A DNA stretch of 64,000 nt from Phycicoccus sp. (lineage in GTDB: Bacteria > Actinomycetota > Actinomycetes > Actinomycetales > Dermatophilaceae), in the NCBI GenBank assembly GCA_039812375.1, contig JBDIAO010000003.1, positions 10,949 to 74,948 of the forward strand, read 5' to 3'. The notes beneath the pieces are model-generated. The model was not told where the DNA came from, did no database searches, and was given only the letters and a program-made list of their open reading frames with translations. A program made the translations under genes and the position numbers. Shown here one piece after another: positions 45,567-55,289 of this stretch. The first letter of the stretch is position 1, and the number at the start of each line of letters is the position of its first letter.

Positions 45567-46457
45567 CTACGCCCTGGACCGGGCAGAGAACCGGTCACCA
45601 CGGACGACGAGGACCGCAGACTCGGAGTGCCGGACACAGACCGCACTGACTGAGCCGAGCAGCAGGCCCCGGAAGCCCCCCAGCCCACGGCTGCCGACGA
45701 CGACCAGTGATGCATCGGCGCTGGCCTCGACCAGCACCCTGGCGGCACCACCGGTGGTCAGGGTCGTGGTGAGGTTCTCGGCATCCCCGAAAACCTCCCG
45801 AGTGGCCTCCTCGAGGTGCTCCGCTGCCTCGTGCTTGATCTCGACCTCAAGCTGTGGGTCCACGTTGGGCACGACCGGCGCACTGTCATAGAGCGAGGCC
45901 CAAACGCCGATGGCGTGCACCGGTGCCGTCCCGGCGATGGCCTTGGCCCAGCGCAGCGCCGATATCGAGGACGGTGACTCGTCCACTCCGACGACGATGG
46001 GCTTGACCGGTGGCAATTCGGTGGGCTCGCCGCGGGTGACCAGGACGGGGCAGTCGGCGTGCCGGGCAACCGAGGCGCTGGCCGAGCCGAGCAGCAGGCC
46101 GGCAAACCCGCCGTAGCCGTGGGATCCGACGACGAGGAGGTCGGCGTCCTCGGATGCCTCCACGAGGACCCTGGCGGGAGCGCCGTGCAGCGCGGTCCTC
46201 GTCACCGACGCGGCATCCGGGCCGAGAGCCTCGTCGACGCAGGCGTCGAGTTGCTGCCGCGCCTCCACAGCCGGATCCCAACCGCTCGCCGCCATCCCGA
46301 GCCGTCCCCGACCCTCGAAGACCGCTTGCCATGCCGTGACCGCTTCGAGCTGCGCGCCCAGGATGCCGGCGAGATAATGGCCCCACCGCAGAGCCTCGCG
46401 GCTGGATTGGGACCCGTCGACACCGACGATCACCTTGCCTGACGTTCGTGCACTCAC
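45567..46457 (-). CDS. universal stress protein, tandem Usp domains
   Basis: Two Usp repeats, each ending in G-x2-G-x9-GSV(S/A) type ATP motifs (VVGSHGYGGFAGLLLGSAS and VVGSRGLGGFRGLLLGSVS). GTG start with GGAAGGGG upstream. Confidence 0.9.
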   Translation of the reverse strand: MSARTSGKVIVGVDGSQSSREALRWGHYLAGILGAQLEAVTAWQAVFEGRGRLGMAASGWDPAVEARQQLDACVDEALGPDAASVTRTALHGAPARVLVEASEDADLLVVGSHGYGGFAGLLLGSASASVARHADCPVLVTRGEPTELPPVKPIVVGVDESPSSISALRWAKAIAGTAPVHAIGVWASLYDSAPVVPNVDPQLEVEIKHEAAEHLEEATREVFGDAENLTTTLTTGGAARVLVEASADASLVVVGSRGLGGFRGLLLGSVSAVCVRHSESAVLVVRGDRFSARSRA

Positions 46458-46607
46458 CGCTAGACCCCTTCCGTGGGAACTGCTCGTCGGTACTCCTGTG
46501 ACCAGTCTAGGAAGCTCTCACGGACGTCACTCCACCGCAGTGCCTCACCGCACACTGTGCCGCAGGACGGCGACAGTGTCACCCCCCGCGACACCACTCG
46601 CCGCGGA

Positions 46608-48032
46608 TCATCCCGGACGGACCGCAAGGACGTGCTCGAGTCCGCCCCGCAGCTGCGGGTGCCGGAAGCGGTGCCCCCAGGAGAGTGCCCGGTCAGCGGA
46701 CATCCGTTGCCCCGCCAGGGCAAGCTCGCGCGCACCTTGTCGCCCGAGCAGGAGTGCCGGTCCGAAGGAGGGGACGGGCAGGACTGCCGGACGCGCGAGT
46801 ACGGCGCCGAGGGTTCGGGCGTAGTCGCCCGCACGGACCGGGTTCGGGGCGCAGGCATTGACCACGCCAGACAGGGTGTCGGTCAGGGCCACGTGCGCAT
46901 ACAGGGCCACGAGATCATCCAGGGTGATCCACGGCATCCATTGCCGTCCGTCACCGAGTCGCCCACCGAGCCCCAAGCGGTACAGCGGCAGTTGGAGAGC
47001 GAGCTGCCCGCCGCCAGCGGCTTGGACATAGCCAGTGCGCAGGTGCACGACCCGCAGTCCTGCGTCCCGGGCGGCATCGGCTGCGCTCTCCCAGGCTCGA
47101 CACACTGCGGCGAGGAAGTCGTCGCCAGGAGCGGAGTCCTCGGTGAGCACTTCGTCGCCTCGGTCCGCGCCATACCAGCCGGCTGCCGACGCCACGACGA
47201 GCGCCCGGGGTCGCCCGTCCGCCGCGAGCGTGCCGAGAACTGAGGCGAGTAGGGCCGTCGAGGCGGTCCTCGAGCGGAGCACCTCCTGCTTGTGCTCCGG
47301 GGTGAACCTGCGACCGATCGGCTCCCCGGCAAGGTGGATCACGACGTCGACATCCCGCAGATCCTCGGTGTCCAGCACCCCGGCGGCCGGGTCCCATCGG
47401 AGGTCATTCCCGGTCGGAGCACCCCGCACGAGGCGGCGTACTTCGTGCCCGCCGCCACCGAGCAGGGCGACGAGCTGGCGTCCGACAAGACCGTGGGCAC
47501 CGGTCACCGCGACGGTGCGGCGCACCGAGTGGGTGGCGTGGAAGTCGAGGTCAGCCGCGAGCTGGGCACTGCGATAGGCAAAGATCCGGTGCAGCTGCTC
47601 CTCGACGACTGACCGGACTCGACTCGACACCACGCTCGGGCCGGGGACGGCATACGTCACCTCATCGGTGAGCATCGTGCCCCCTTGGCCGTCCGGCTCG
47701 AAGGCGTGCCGATGATGCCACGCGGCAAACGGTCCGGACTCCATGACGTCCTCGAAGCTGTGCGGTGGGTCGTAGCCCAGGTGCCGAGCACGCCACGGCC
47801 ACAGCAACCGCTCACCCACCCAGGGCAGGGACGACATCCCCGGAAGGGACACCGCGAAGGACGCCACCGAGCCGTCCCGGATGCCATCGCTCGGTTCGCT
47901 GCCGGTGCGGCCCATCAGGGCCGGGGTGAGCCGCGCGAGGGCACCGGGACGCTCGTGCCAGGCGAAGACCACCTCCGGCGGATGCGGGAGGTGGGTCTCG
48001 TGGAGGAAGACCCCGGACGCGCTGGACCGCAT
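46608..48032 (-). CDS. SRPBCC-domain protein fused to a TIGR01777/DUF1731-type NAD-dependent epimerase (SDR39U1/YfcH-like)
   Basis: 474 aa from ATG 48032. N-terminal START/cyclase-like ~150 aa. Then VAVTGAHGLVGRQLV (Rossmann) and a C-terminal DUF1731-like LLGRQGARELALAGQR. Confidence 0.85.
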   Translation of the reverse strand: MRSSASGVFLHETHLPHPPEVVFAWHERPGALARLTPALMGRTGSEPSDGIRDGSVASFAVSLPGMSSLPWVGERLLWPWRARHLGYDPPHSFEDVMESGPFAAWHHRHAFEPDGQGGTMLTDEVTYAVPGPSVVSSRVRSVVEEQLHRIFAYRSAQLAADLDFHATHSVRRTVAVTGAHGLVGRQLVALLGGGGHEVRRLVRGAPTGNDLRWDPAAGVLDTEDLRDVDVVIHLAGEPIGRRFTPEHKQEVLRSRTASTALLASVLGTLAADGRPRALVVASAAGWYGADRGDEVLTEDSAPGDDFLAAVCRAWESAADAARDAGLRVVHLRTGYVQAAGGGQLALQLPLYRLGLGGRLGDGRQWMPWITLDDLVALYAHVALTDTLSGVVNACAPNPVRAGDYARTLGAVLARPAVLPVPSFGPALLLGRQGARELALAGQRMSADRALSWGHRFRHPQLRGGLEHVLAVRPG

Positions 48033-48036
48033 CGCC

Positions 48037-49266
48037 CTAGGGTGCCACCTCCGACGCCGAATGCGCGCTTGGTGCTGCTCCATCGAGGTCGAGGGGGCGG
48101 ATAACCAGGCCAGTGAGCGGCTTGGGGGTGAAGAAGGTCGACTTCGGAGGCATAAGGAGCCGCTCATGAGCGGTTCGGGCGATCTCGGCGACCGAGACCG
48201 GTCGGATGAGCACGCCACTGTGCGCCCGCCCGGTGACCAGCGCCTCGACGACCTCGTCGACGCCGTGCTGGTATGCCGTCTCGACGGCGACGTCGGCGAG
48301 CGCAGCTTCCAGCCACGCGCCGTCGAGGGCACGGACACCGTCGAAGGCGCCCGGGCGCGCAGTGAGCCACTCTGCTCCGCCGTCGGGACCGATGAGCGCC
48401 AGTCGGCCGAGCCGATCTAGATCGGCGATCATCGCCAGGGACGGCATGGGCGCGTCGGTGATCTCGAAGTATCGCTGCAGCGCGGACCGCACGCTGGCGT
48501 GGTCGGCACCGGAATAGAGCCGGTGGATCGCTCGGACGCTGAGCTGGTCGGGGACGAGTTCGCCGAGGCAGGCGAGGGTGAGCTCGGCGTCGGTGTCCGC
48601 TCGCCCGGTGGCGGCGCGGCACTCGTCCCGATACGCCCGGGCCACCCCGTAGCGGTGGTGTCCGTCGGCGACGAGCACCTCGGCCGAGCCGACGAGGTCG
48701 GTGATCTGCGCCATCCGCTGGGGGTCGGTGATCCGCTCGACCCGGTGCTCGACATCGTCGACCAGCACGACACCCACCGGTTCACCGGGTGCCCGCAGCG
48801 CCGCAGCAAGCCCGGTGGCCAGGGACAGGCCCCACACCGGGGAGAGGTTGGCCCGGGTCGCCCGGGTCAGGTCGAGGCGGTCCGTCGAAGCCTTCGGTGT
48901 GGTCCGCTCGTGCGGGAGCACCCCCCCGGCCCCCTCGTCGACGACCTCGAGGGCGCCGAGGACGAGGGTGAGATCGCGGTCCTCGCCACGGTCGTCGACG
49001 AAGCGCATCCGATGGATCGTGAAGGTGGGCGCCTCGTCCCGGACGAGGACGCCGTGGCCGACCCACTGCTCGAGCAGAGCCGCGGCCTTCTGGTAGCGGT
49101 CGTTCCCATCCCGGGGGACGTCCACCCGCACGACATTGTGGTCGCTGCGCCGCTGCAGGCGGTCGACGTCAGCGTCGGAGAGCACATCGTAGGGTGGCGC
49201 GGTCAGGGACGCCAGATCGGTGCTCGCGGCATAACGCAGAGCGCGGAAAGGTGCGAAGCGAGGCAT
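48037..49266 (-). CDS. DUF1015 family protein
   Basis: N-terminus MPRFAPFRALRY...LTAPPYDVLS and HERTTPKASTDRL are characteristic of DUF1015. Confidence 0.85.
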   Translation of the reverse strand: MPRFAPFRALRYAASTDLASLTAPPYDVLSDADVDRLQRRSDHNVVRVDVPRDGNDRYQKAAALLEQWVGHGVLVRDEAPTFTIHRMRFVDDRGEDRDLTLVLGALEVVDEGAGGVLPHERTTPKASTDRLDLTRATRANLSPVWGLSLATGLAAALRAPGEPVGVVLVDDVEHRVERITDPQRMAQITDLVGSAEVLVADGHHRYGVARAYRDECRAATGRADTDAELTLACLGELVPDQLSVRAIHRLYSGADHASVRSALQRYFEITDAPMPSLAMIADLDRLGRLALIGPDGGAEWLTARPGAFDGVRALDGAWLEAALADVAVETAYQHGVDEVVEALVTGRAHSGVLIRPVSVAEIARTAHERLLMPPKSTFFTPKPLTGLVIRPLDLDGAAPSAHSASEVAP

Positions 49267-49299
49267 GGGTTCACCCTGCCAGACATGGTTGGACCGAGA

Positions 49300-52200
49300 T
49301 CACGGCAGGTCGGGGAGCGGGAGACCGAGGGCCCGGATCTGCTCGACGTAGCGCTGAACACTGCGCAGCTTGACGCCCTCGTAGCCACGCACGACGTCGG
49401 GCAGCCCCGCGAAGTCAACGGCCAGGTCGTAGGAGGGGGCGCTCAGGTGCGTCACGAGGTCGTGCAGCACCCGCCGGTAGTGGGCCAGCAGCTCCCGCTC
49501 GACCCGGCGCACATGGGCGTACCCGAACGGGTCGGCAGCGGTGCCGCGCAGGCGCTTGAGCGGCGCGAGGGTCCGCAACGCGACGTGGGTGGGTGGCGCG
49601 AAACCGATCTTCGTCGAGCGCCCGAGCGCGCGGAGCATCGGCGGGTGCAGGCGGTAGGTGAGCCGGCGCCCGCCCGGGACGGCGGCATCCACGAAGCGCC
49701 GCGAGCCCTGCCGGGTGAGCAGGCGGGCGACCTCGTATTCGTCCTTGTAGGCGGTGAGCTTGTACAGGTACTTCGCAACCGCCTCGGACAGGCGGGTCTC
49801 GTCGGTGACGGCTCGCTCGGCCCGCCACACGGCATCCACGACCCGCACGTAGTCACTCGCGCAGCCCAGGTCTTGGTAGCCGACGAGGTCGACCGAGCGC
49901 AGTTCGGCGATCCGTCTCGTCTCGCCGGCCATCGTCGCGCTGGCCAGCTCGGGGACGACCTGGGTGGGGGGCGACGGCGCCGGCTCGGTAGCCGGGGTCA
50001 AGGCCGCGGCGAACGCGGTCGGGTCGGCGACACCGAGCCGCCCCCACCGGAAGGCGGCGATGTTGTCCTCGATCGCGACGCCGTTGATCGTGACCGCCTC
50101 CTCGACCGCCGCCGGCGGCAGTGGCAGGGCGCCGGACTGCACGGCGGCCCCGACGAGCAGCAGGTTCGCTGCGGCGCTCGAGCCGAGCAGGGTCCGGGCG
50201 TCGGCGAGCATGTCGAGGGTGTGCACCTGGGCAACCGCGGTGCGCAACCGGTCCAGCTGCTGCGAGATGCTGCCCTGCTGCACGGCGCGATCGTAGACCT
50301 CCGGTCCGGTCGGGGTGATGGAGGTCGAGGCGACTGCGCGGGTGCGGGCCGGGTCCCCGTAGGCGAGGTTGCCGCCCTCGACGGCGGTGAGCAGGTCGAA
50401 GGCGAGGATCGCGTCGGCCCGGCCCGGGGTGACCCGGTTGGAGGGCTCGAGCGGGCCGGCCGGGTTGAAGCGCAGGTGGCCGATGACCGGTCCGGCCTTC
50501 TGGGCCAGGCCGATCTGGTCGAGCAGCTCGACCTGGTAGCCGGCGCGCAGGGCGGCGGTGGCCAGGATCTGGTTGACCGTGACGATCCCGGTGCCGCCGA
50601 CCCCGGCCAGCAGCACCGACCAGGTCGTGGTCGGTGCCTGCCATGTCGGGTCGGGCAGCGCCGGGGGCTCGAGGCCGACCCCGGCCCGGGTCGGCGGCTC
50701 GTCGGGGACCTGCACGGTCAGGAACGCCGGGCAGTCCCCAGCCAGGCAGGAGTAGTCGGTGTTGCACGAGGTCTGGTCGATCCGGGTCTTCTCACCGAAC
50801 GGTGTCATCACCGGCTGGACGGACAGGCAGTTGCTCTTCACCCCGCAGTCGCCGCAGCCCTCGCAGACGTCCTCGTTGATGACGACCCTGCTCGGGCGGG
50901 GGGCGAGCAGGCCGCGTTTGCGTTGCCGCCGTGCGTCATTGGCGCAGTGCTGGTCGTAGATGAGCACGGTGACGCCCGGGGTCTCCCGCAGGATGCGCTG
51001 GGCCTCGTCGAGCCGGTCGCGGTCCCACAGCTTCGTCCCGGGGGCGAGGTCCTTGACCCGGTGCCGCTGCGGTTCGTCGGCGACGACGATGATCCTGGCG
51101 ACCCCTTCGGCGGTGAGCTTGTGGGTGATCTCCGGGATGCCGCGTGCCCCGACCGCGTCCTGGGCGCCGGTCATCGCGACGACGTCGTTGTGCAACAGCT
51201 TGTAGGTGATGTTCACTCCGGCCGCGACGCACGCCTGGATGGACAGCTGGCCGGAATGGACGAAGGTCCCGTCACCGAGGTTCTGGAAGATGTGCTCGGT
51301 CGTGGTGAAGGGAGACTGACCGATCCACTGCGCCCCCTCACCGCCCATCTGGGTGAACCCGGTGACCTGGCTGTCCTCGCGTCGGGAGAGGGTGACCAGG
51401 GTGTGGCAGCCGATGCCGCCGCCGGCGATGGATCCCTCCGGCAGCGCGGTGGAGCGGTTGTGCGGGCAGCCGGAGCAGAAGTACGGGGTGCGACTGACCG
51501 GCAGGACCGGCAGGACCGGTCTGCGCCCCTCCGGCTCGCGCAACGGCATCCGGTCACGCAGGGCACGGTGCAAGGGGGCGTGCAGCCGGCCCGGGGTGAG
51601 CTCACCGTCTGCGGGGATGAACTCGGCGCCGCGCGCGTCGCGCCGCCCGACCACCCCGGGCCGGTTCGGCAGGTCGTAGAGCGCCTCCTTGACCTGAGTC
51701 TCGAGGAAGGGGGTCTTGTCCTCGACGACGAGGACCTCCTCGAGCCCGGCGGCGAAGGCCCGGACGACCTCGGTGGCCAGCGGGGTGACCAGCCCGACCC
51801 GCAGCACCGTGATGCCGTGCTCGCTCAGGGCCCCCTCGCCCGCGCCGAGGTCACGCAGGGCCTGCATCATCGATTCGTATGCCGGGCCGGTCGCGACGAG
51901 CCCGACCCGGGCGCCCGCCGGCGCGAGGGTGACCTCGTCGAGGCCGTTGGCGGCGGCATACGCCCGGACCATGTCGGTGCGGGGGCCGACGAACTCGGCC
52001 TCGACGGCGACGATCCGGGCGCTGCCGACCAGTGGCGGGGACTGCCGGTAGCTCCACACCTGCCCGTCCCGCAGGAGTTGCGGGGTGATCGGGTCGAGGT
52101 CGCTCACGCCGGCATCCACGACCCAGGCACCGTCGGCGACGTCGGCGACGATCTTGAGCGCGACCGGGGTGCCGCAGGCCCGGGAGAGGGCTACCGCGTG

Positions 52201-52746
52201 CACCCCGAAGGTGACCACCTCGGCGGCGTTGCGCGGGACGAGGACTGGGATGCCGAGCGCGGCCAGCGAGCGTTCGCTGACCGCCGGGACGGTCGAGGAC
52301 TTCGCCGCCGGGTCGTCACCGACGAGCAGGACGACCCCGCCACGCGGGCGCACCCCGTAGAGCGCCAGGTGCCTCAGGGCATCGGTGGCCCGGTCGACCC
52401 CCGGGCCCTTGCCATACCAGACCCCGACGACGCCGTCGTGGCGGCTCAGGCCTCCGGGCAGCTCGCTCTGGCTGCCCCACACCGCGGTCGCAGCGATCTC
52501 CTCGTTGAGCCCGGGCTGCACATGGATTGCGTTCTCGGCCAACACGTCCGGCATCTGCGCGAGCATCTTGTCGAGTCCCCCGAGCGGGCTGCCCTGGTAG
52601 CCGGAGACGAAGAACGCGGTGTCGCGCCCGTGTCTGGCATCGAGCGCGCGTTGCTCGACCAGGAAGCGAGCGATGGCCTGCACCCCGGTGAGCAGCACCG
52701 GTGGGGATCCCGTGCGGTAGCGCTGCGCGAGGTCGTATGCCGCCAT
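49300..52746 (-). CDS. indolepyruvate:ferredoxin oxidoreductase family protein (fused alpha/beta)
   Basis: 1148 aa. N-terminus LLTGVQAIARFLVEQ...FVSGYQGSPLG, the TPP domain, and ferredoxin motif CEGCGDCGVKSNC. Confidence 0.9.
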   Translation of the reverse strand: MAAYDLAQRYRTGSPPVLLTGVQAIARFLVEQRALDARHGRDTAFFVSGYQGSPLGGLDKMLAQMPDVLAENAIHVQPGLNEEIAATAVWGSQSELPGGLSRHDGVVGVWYGKGPGVDRATDALRHLALYGVRPRGGVVLLVGDDPAAKSSTVPAVSERSLAALGIPVLVPRNAAEVVTFGVHAVALSRACGTPVALKIVADVADGAWVVDAGVSDLDPITPQLLRDGQVWSYRQSPPLVGSARIVAVEAEFVGPRTDMVRAYAAANGLDEVTLAPAGARVGLVATGPAYESMMQALRDLGAGEGALSEHGITVLRVGLVTPLATEVVRAFAAGLEEVLVVEDKTPFLETQVKEALYDLPNRPGVVGRRDARGAEFIPADGELTPGRLHAPLHRALRDRMPLREPEGRRPVLPVLPVSRTPYFCSGCPHNRSTALPEGSIAGGGIGCHTLVTLSRREDSQVTGFTQMGGEGAQWIGQSPFTTTEHIFQNLGDGTFVHSGQLSIQACVAAGVNITYKLLHNDVVAMTGAQDAVGARGIPEITHKLTAEGVARIIVVADEPQRHRVKDLAPGTKLWDRDRLDEAQRILRETPGVTVLIYDQHCANDARRQRKRGLLAPRPSRVVINEDVCEGCGDCGVKSNCLSVQPVMTPFGEKTRIDQTSCNTDYSCLAGDCPAFLTVQVPDEPPTRAGVGLEPPALPDPTWQAPTTTWSVLLAGVGGTGIVTVNQILATAALRAGYQVELLDQIGLAQKAGPVIGHLRFNPAGPLEPSNRVTPGRADAILAFDLLTAVEGGNLAYGDPARTRAVASTSITPTGPEVYDRAVQQGSISQQLDRLRTAVAQVHTLDMLADARTLLGSSAAANLLLVGAAVQSGALPLPPAAVEEAVTINGVAIEDNIAAFRWGRLGVADPTAFAAALTPATEPAPSPPTQVVPELASATMAGETRRIAELRSVDLVGYQDLGCASDYVRVVDAVWRAERAVTDETRLSEAVAKYLYKLTAYKDEYEVARLLTRQGSRRFVDAAVPGGRRLTYRLHPPMLRALGRSTKIGFAPPTHVALRTLAPLKRLRGTAADPFGYAHVRRVERELLAHYRRVLHDLVTHLSAPSYDLAVDFAGLPDVVRGYEGVKLRSVQRYVEQIRALGLPLPDLP

Positions 52747-52823
52747 CGGCCCACCCTAGTTCGGCGCGTGCCGCCCGATGCCCCACGCTGCCGGGCAGGG
52801 TCCGGGGAGTCCATGATTGGGCG

Positions 52824-53606
52824 GTGAACACGGCTCTTCCCCGGGCGTTTGTCGCCGGTGCCGTGATCGGCATCCTGGGTGGCCTAATCGGATTGGGCGG
52901 AGCAGAGTTCCGGCTGCCGCTTCTGATCGGCGTGTTCGGGTTCGCCGCCCTGCACGCAGTCATCATGAACAAGGCAATGAGTCTGATCGTCGTGCTCACC
53001 GCGCTGCCGGCCCGGCTGCTCAGCATCCCGTTCAGCGACCTCGCCCCCCACTGGAACGTCGTGCTGAATCTGCTCGCAGGCAGTCTCGTCGGAGCGTGGC
53101 TCGGCGCAACCTGGGCCACCAAGATGCGCTCAGCGACCCTCTACAGAGTCCTCGCCGGACTGCTGGTGCTGATCGCCGCCACCCTGGTCCTGACCCACTT
53201 CGGGCACGTCGGTACCCTCGACCTCCCGATGGTGTGGCAGATCGTCACAGGCGTGGTCGCCGGTGTCCTGATCGGGATCGTCGCCGCGATCATGGGCGTG
53301 GCCGGTGGGGAACTCCTGATCCCCACCATCGTGCTGCTGTACGGCCTCGACATCAAACTCGCCGGCAGCCTGTCCTTGGCCGTCTCGCTGCCGACGATGC
53401 TCGTCGCGTTCGCCCGATACAGCCGCGACCAGAGCTTTGTTGTGCTCCGCCGCAACAAGGGGTTCGTGCTCATGATGTCCGCAGGCTCCGTCGTCGGGAC
53501 GATCATCGGCGGCCTCATGCTCGGCCTCGTCTCCAGTGCGATCCTCATCCCGCTGCTGGTGATCCTGCTCGTGCTGTCCGCGATCAAGGTCTGGCGACAC
53601 CGATAA
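52824..53606 (+). CDS. TauE/SafE-family sulfite/anion exporter
   Basis: 260 aa from in-frame GTG 52824. Duplicated 4-TM halves with GGLIGLGGAEFRLPLL and MGVAGGELLIPTIV. Confidence 0.8.
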   Translation: MNTALPRAFVAGAVIGILGGLIGLGGAEFRLPLLIGVFGFAALHAVIMNKAMSLIVVLTALPARLLSIPFSDLAPHWNVVLNLLAGSLVGAWLGATWATKMRSATLYRVLAGLLVLIAATLVLTHFGHVGTLDLPMVWQIVTGVVAGVLIGIVAAIMGVAGGELLIPTIVLLYGLDIKLAGSLSLAVSLPTMLVAFARYSRDQSFVVLRRNKGFVLMMSAGSVVGTIIGGLMLGLVSSAILIPLLVILLVLSAIKVWRHR

Positions 53607-53630
53607 CGGGCCACGATCAGGGGTCAGCAG

Positions 53631-54005
53631 TCAGACCCGGGGGGCTTCCGCACAGTCGCCGGGATTTAGGGCATCACTGAGTAGCGCCAGCGTCTCCGGG
53701 ACGATCGCGAAGTAGGCCCACTTGCCGCGCTGCTCACGGGTGACCAGGCCGGCGTCGGCGAGTTGCTTCATGTGATGCGACACCGTGGGCTGCGACAGCC
53801 CCACCGGATCGGTCAGATCGCACACACACGCCTCCCGACCCGGCTGCGCGGCGATCATCGATAGCAGCCGCACCCGCGTCGGGTCACCCAGCGCCTTGAA
53901 CATCCGCGCGAACCGCCCGGCCGCCTCGACGTCCAGCACCCCAGCGGTCACCGGCGACCCGCAGGCAGTCGCGTCGGAGTCCAGCAGCAGAAGCGAAGAC
54001 ATCAC
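53631..54005 (-). CDS. arsR: ArsR/SmtB-family metalloregulator
   Basis: FKALGDPTRVRLLSMI, metalloid-site CVCDL, HTH LSQPTVSHHMKQLADAGLV. Confidence 0.9.
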   Translation of the reverse strand: MMSSLLLLDSDATACGSPVTAGVLDVEAAGRFARMFKALGDPTRVRLLSMIAAQPGREACVCDLTDPVGLSQPTVSHHMKQLADAGLVTREQRGKWAYFAIVPETLALLSDALNPGDCAEAPRV

Positions 54006-54026
54006 ACCTTCACCTTACCTGACGTA

Positions 54027-54060
54027 TTGACACTCATCGATACATTGAACATCATCGATA
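54027..54060. promoter_or_regulatory. ars divergent control region: consensus -35 TTGACA plus two TCATCGATA repeats (ATCGAT cores)
   Basis: TTGACA at 54027-54032. TCATCGATA at 54035-54043 and 54052-54060. It lies between arsR (minus) and acr3 (plus), which is the position expected for an ArsR operator. Confidence 0.35.
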
Positions 54061-54164
54061 TGACTCACTCTCTATCTCACGAATGGAGCCGCCATGACCG
54101 AGGACACCACCGACGCCGCCAGTGCGAACGCCGCCAAGCCCGCCGCGTGACCAGACCGAACGGC

Positions 54165-55289
54165 ATGAAGTCCAGCCCCGAAGCGGCATCCGGTGTGAGC
54201 ACCGCGACGGCTCCGATTGTTGCGGGGGGCCGGCGGTTGTCGAGGCTGGATGCGTGGCTGCCGGCCTGGATCGGGCTCGCGATGATCGCCGGGCTCCTGC
54301 TTGGCCGGTTCGTGCCCGCCCTGTCCGATCTGCTGGTCCGGCTGGAAGTTGCGGGTATCTCGGTGCCGATCGGGCTGGGGTTGCTGGTCATGATGTATCC
54401 GGTGCTGGCGAAGGTCCGCTATGACAAGGTGGCCGCCGTCACCGGGGACACGAAGCTGCTCGTGTCGTCCCTGCTGCTGAACTGGTTCGTCGGGCCGGCG
54501 GTGATGTTCACCCTCGCCTGGGTGTTCCTGCCCGACCTTCCTGAGTACCGCACCGGGCTCATCATCGTCGGACTCGCCCGCTGCATCGCGATGGTCGTGA
54601 TCTGGAATGACCTGGCCTGCGGTGACCGGGAAGCGACCGCGGTGCTCGTAACGATCAACTCGATCTTCCAGGTCGTCGCGTTCTCGTTCCTCGCCTGGTT
54701 CTACCTCACCGTGCTTCCTGGCTGGCTGGGCCTGGACCCCCAGGGTCTGGACGTGTCGGTCGGCAAGATCGCGCTCAACGTCCTGGTCTTCCTCGGCATA
54801 CCGCTGATCGCCGGGTTCGCGTCCCGGTGGATCGGCGAGCACCGCCGGGGCCGGGCCTGGTATGAAGACGCGTTCCTCCCACGCATCGGGCCGTGGGCGC
54901 TCTATGGGTTGTTGTTCACGATTGTGTTGCTGTTCGCCCTCCAAGGCGAAGCGATCACCTCCACCCCCCTCGACGTGGCCCGGATCGCGCTGCCGCTGCT
55001 GGCCTACTTCGCGCTGATGTGGTTCACCGGCCTCGGGCTCGGCAGGAGTCTCGGCCTCGGCTATGCCCGCTCCACAACCCTCGCGTTCACCGCAGCAGGC
55101 AACAACTTCGAGCTCGCCATCGCCGTCGCGATCGGCACCTTCGGCGCCACCAGCGGCCAAGCCCTCGCCGGTGTCGTCGGCCCCCTCATCGAAGTCCCCG
55201 TCCTCGTCACCCTCGTCTACGTCTCCCTCTGGACCGGCCGCCGCTGGTTCCACACCGACCCCTACCAACCCGTAACGAGCCCACGATGA
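54165..55289 (+). CDS. acr3: ACR3-family arsenite efflux transporter
   Basis: 374 aa from ATG 54165. LDAWLPAWIGLAMIAGLLLG, VGLARCIAMVVIWN and AAGNNFELAIAVAI are typical of Acr3. The start is uncertain (see finding on the upstream small ORF). Confidence 0.85.
   Translation: MKSSPEAASGVSTATAPIVAGGRRLSRLDAWLPAWIGLAMIAGLLLGRFVPALSDLLVRLEVAGISVPIGLGLLVMMYPVLAKVRYDKVAAVTGDTKLLVSSLLLNWFVGPAVMFTLAWVFLPDLPEYRTGLIIVGLARCIAMVVIWNDLACGDREATAVLVTINSIFQVVAFSFLAWFYLTVLPGWLGLDPQGLDVSVGKIALNVLVFLGIPLIAGFASRWIGEHRRGRAWYEDAFLPRIGPWALYGLLFTIVLLFALQGEAITSTPLDVARIALPLLAYFALMWFTGLGLGRSLGLGYARSTTLAFTAAGNNFELAIAVAIGTFGATSGQALAGVVGPLIEVPVLVTLVYVSLWTGRRWFHTDPYQPVTSPR

Noticed and set aside
48499-52827. 1442-aa plus-strand ORF, the longest in the track apart from the patatin gene
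   Set aside because: It is exactly antisense to the DUF1015 and indolepyruvate oxidoreductase genes, both of which carry clear family motifs. The translation is dominated by Arg/Gly/Asp/Pro/Val with no motif. This is a typical shadow ORF of a high-GC genome, where stop codons are rare in the antisense frame.
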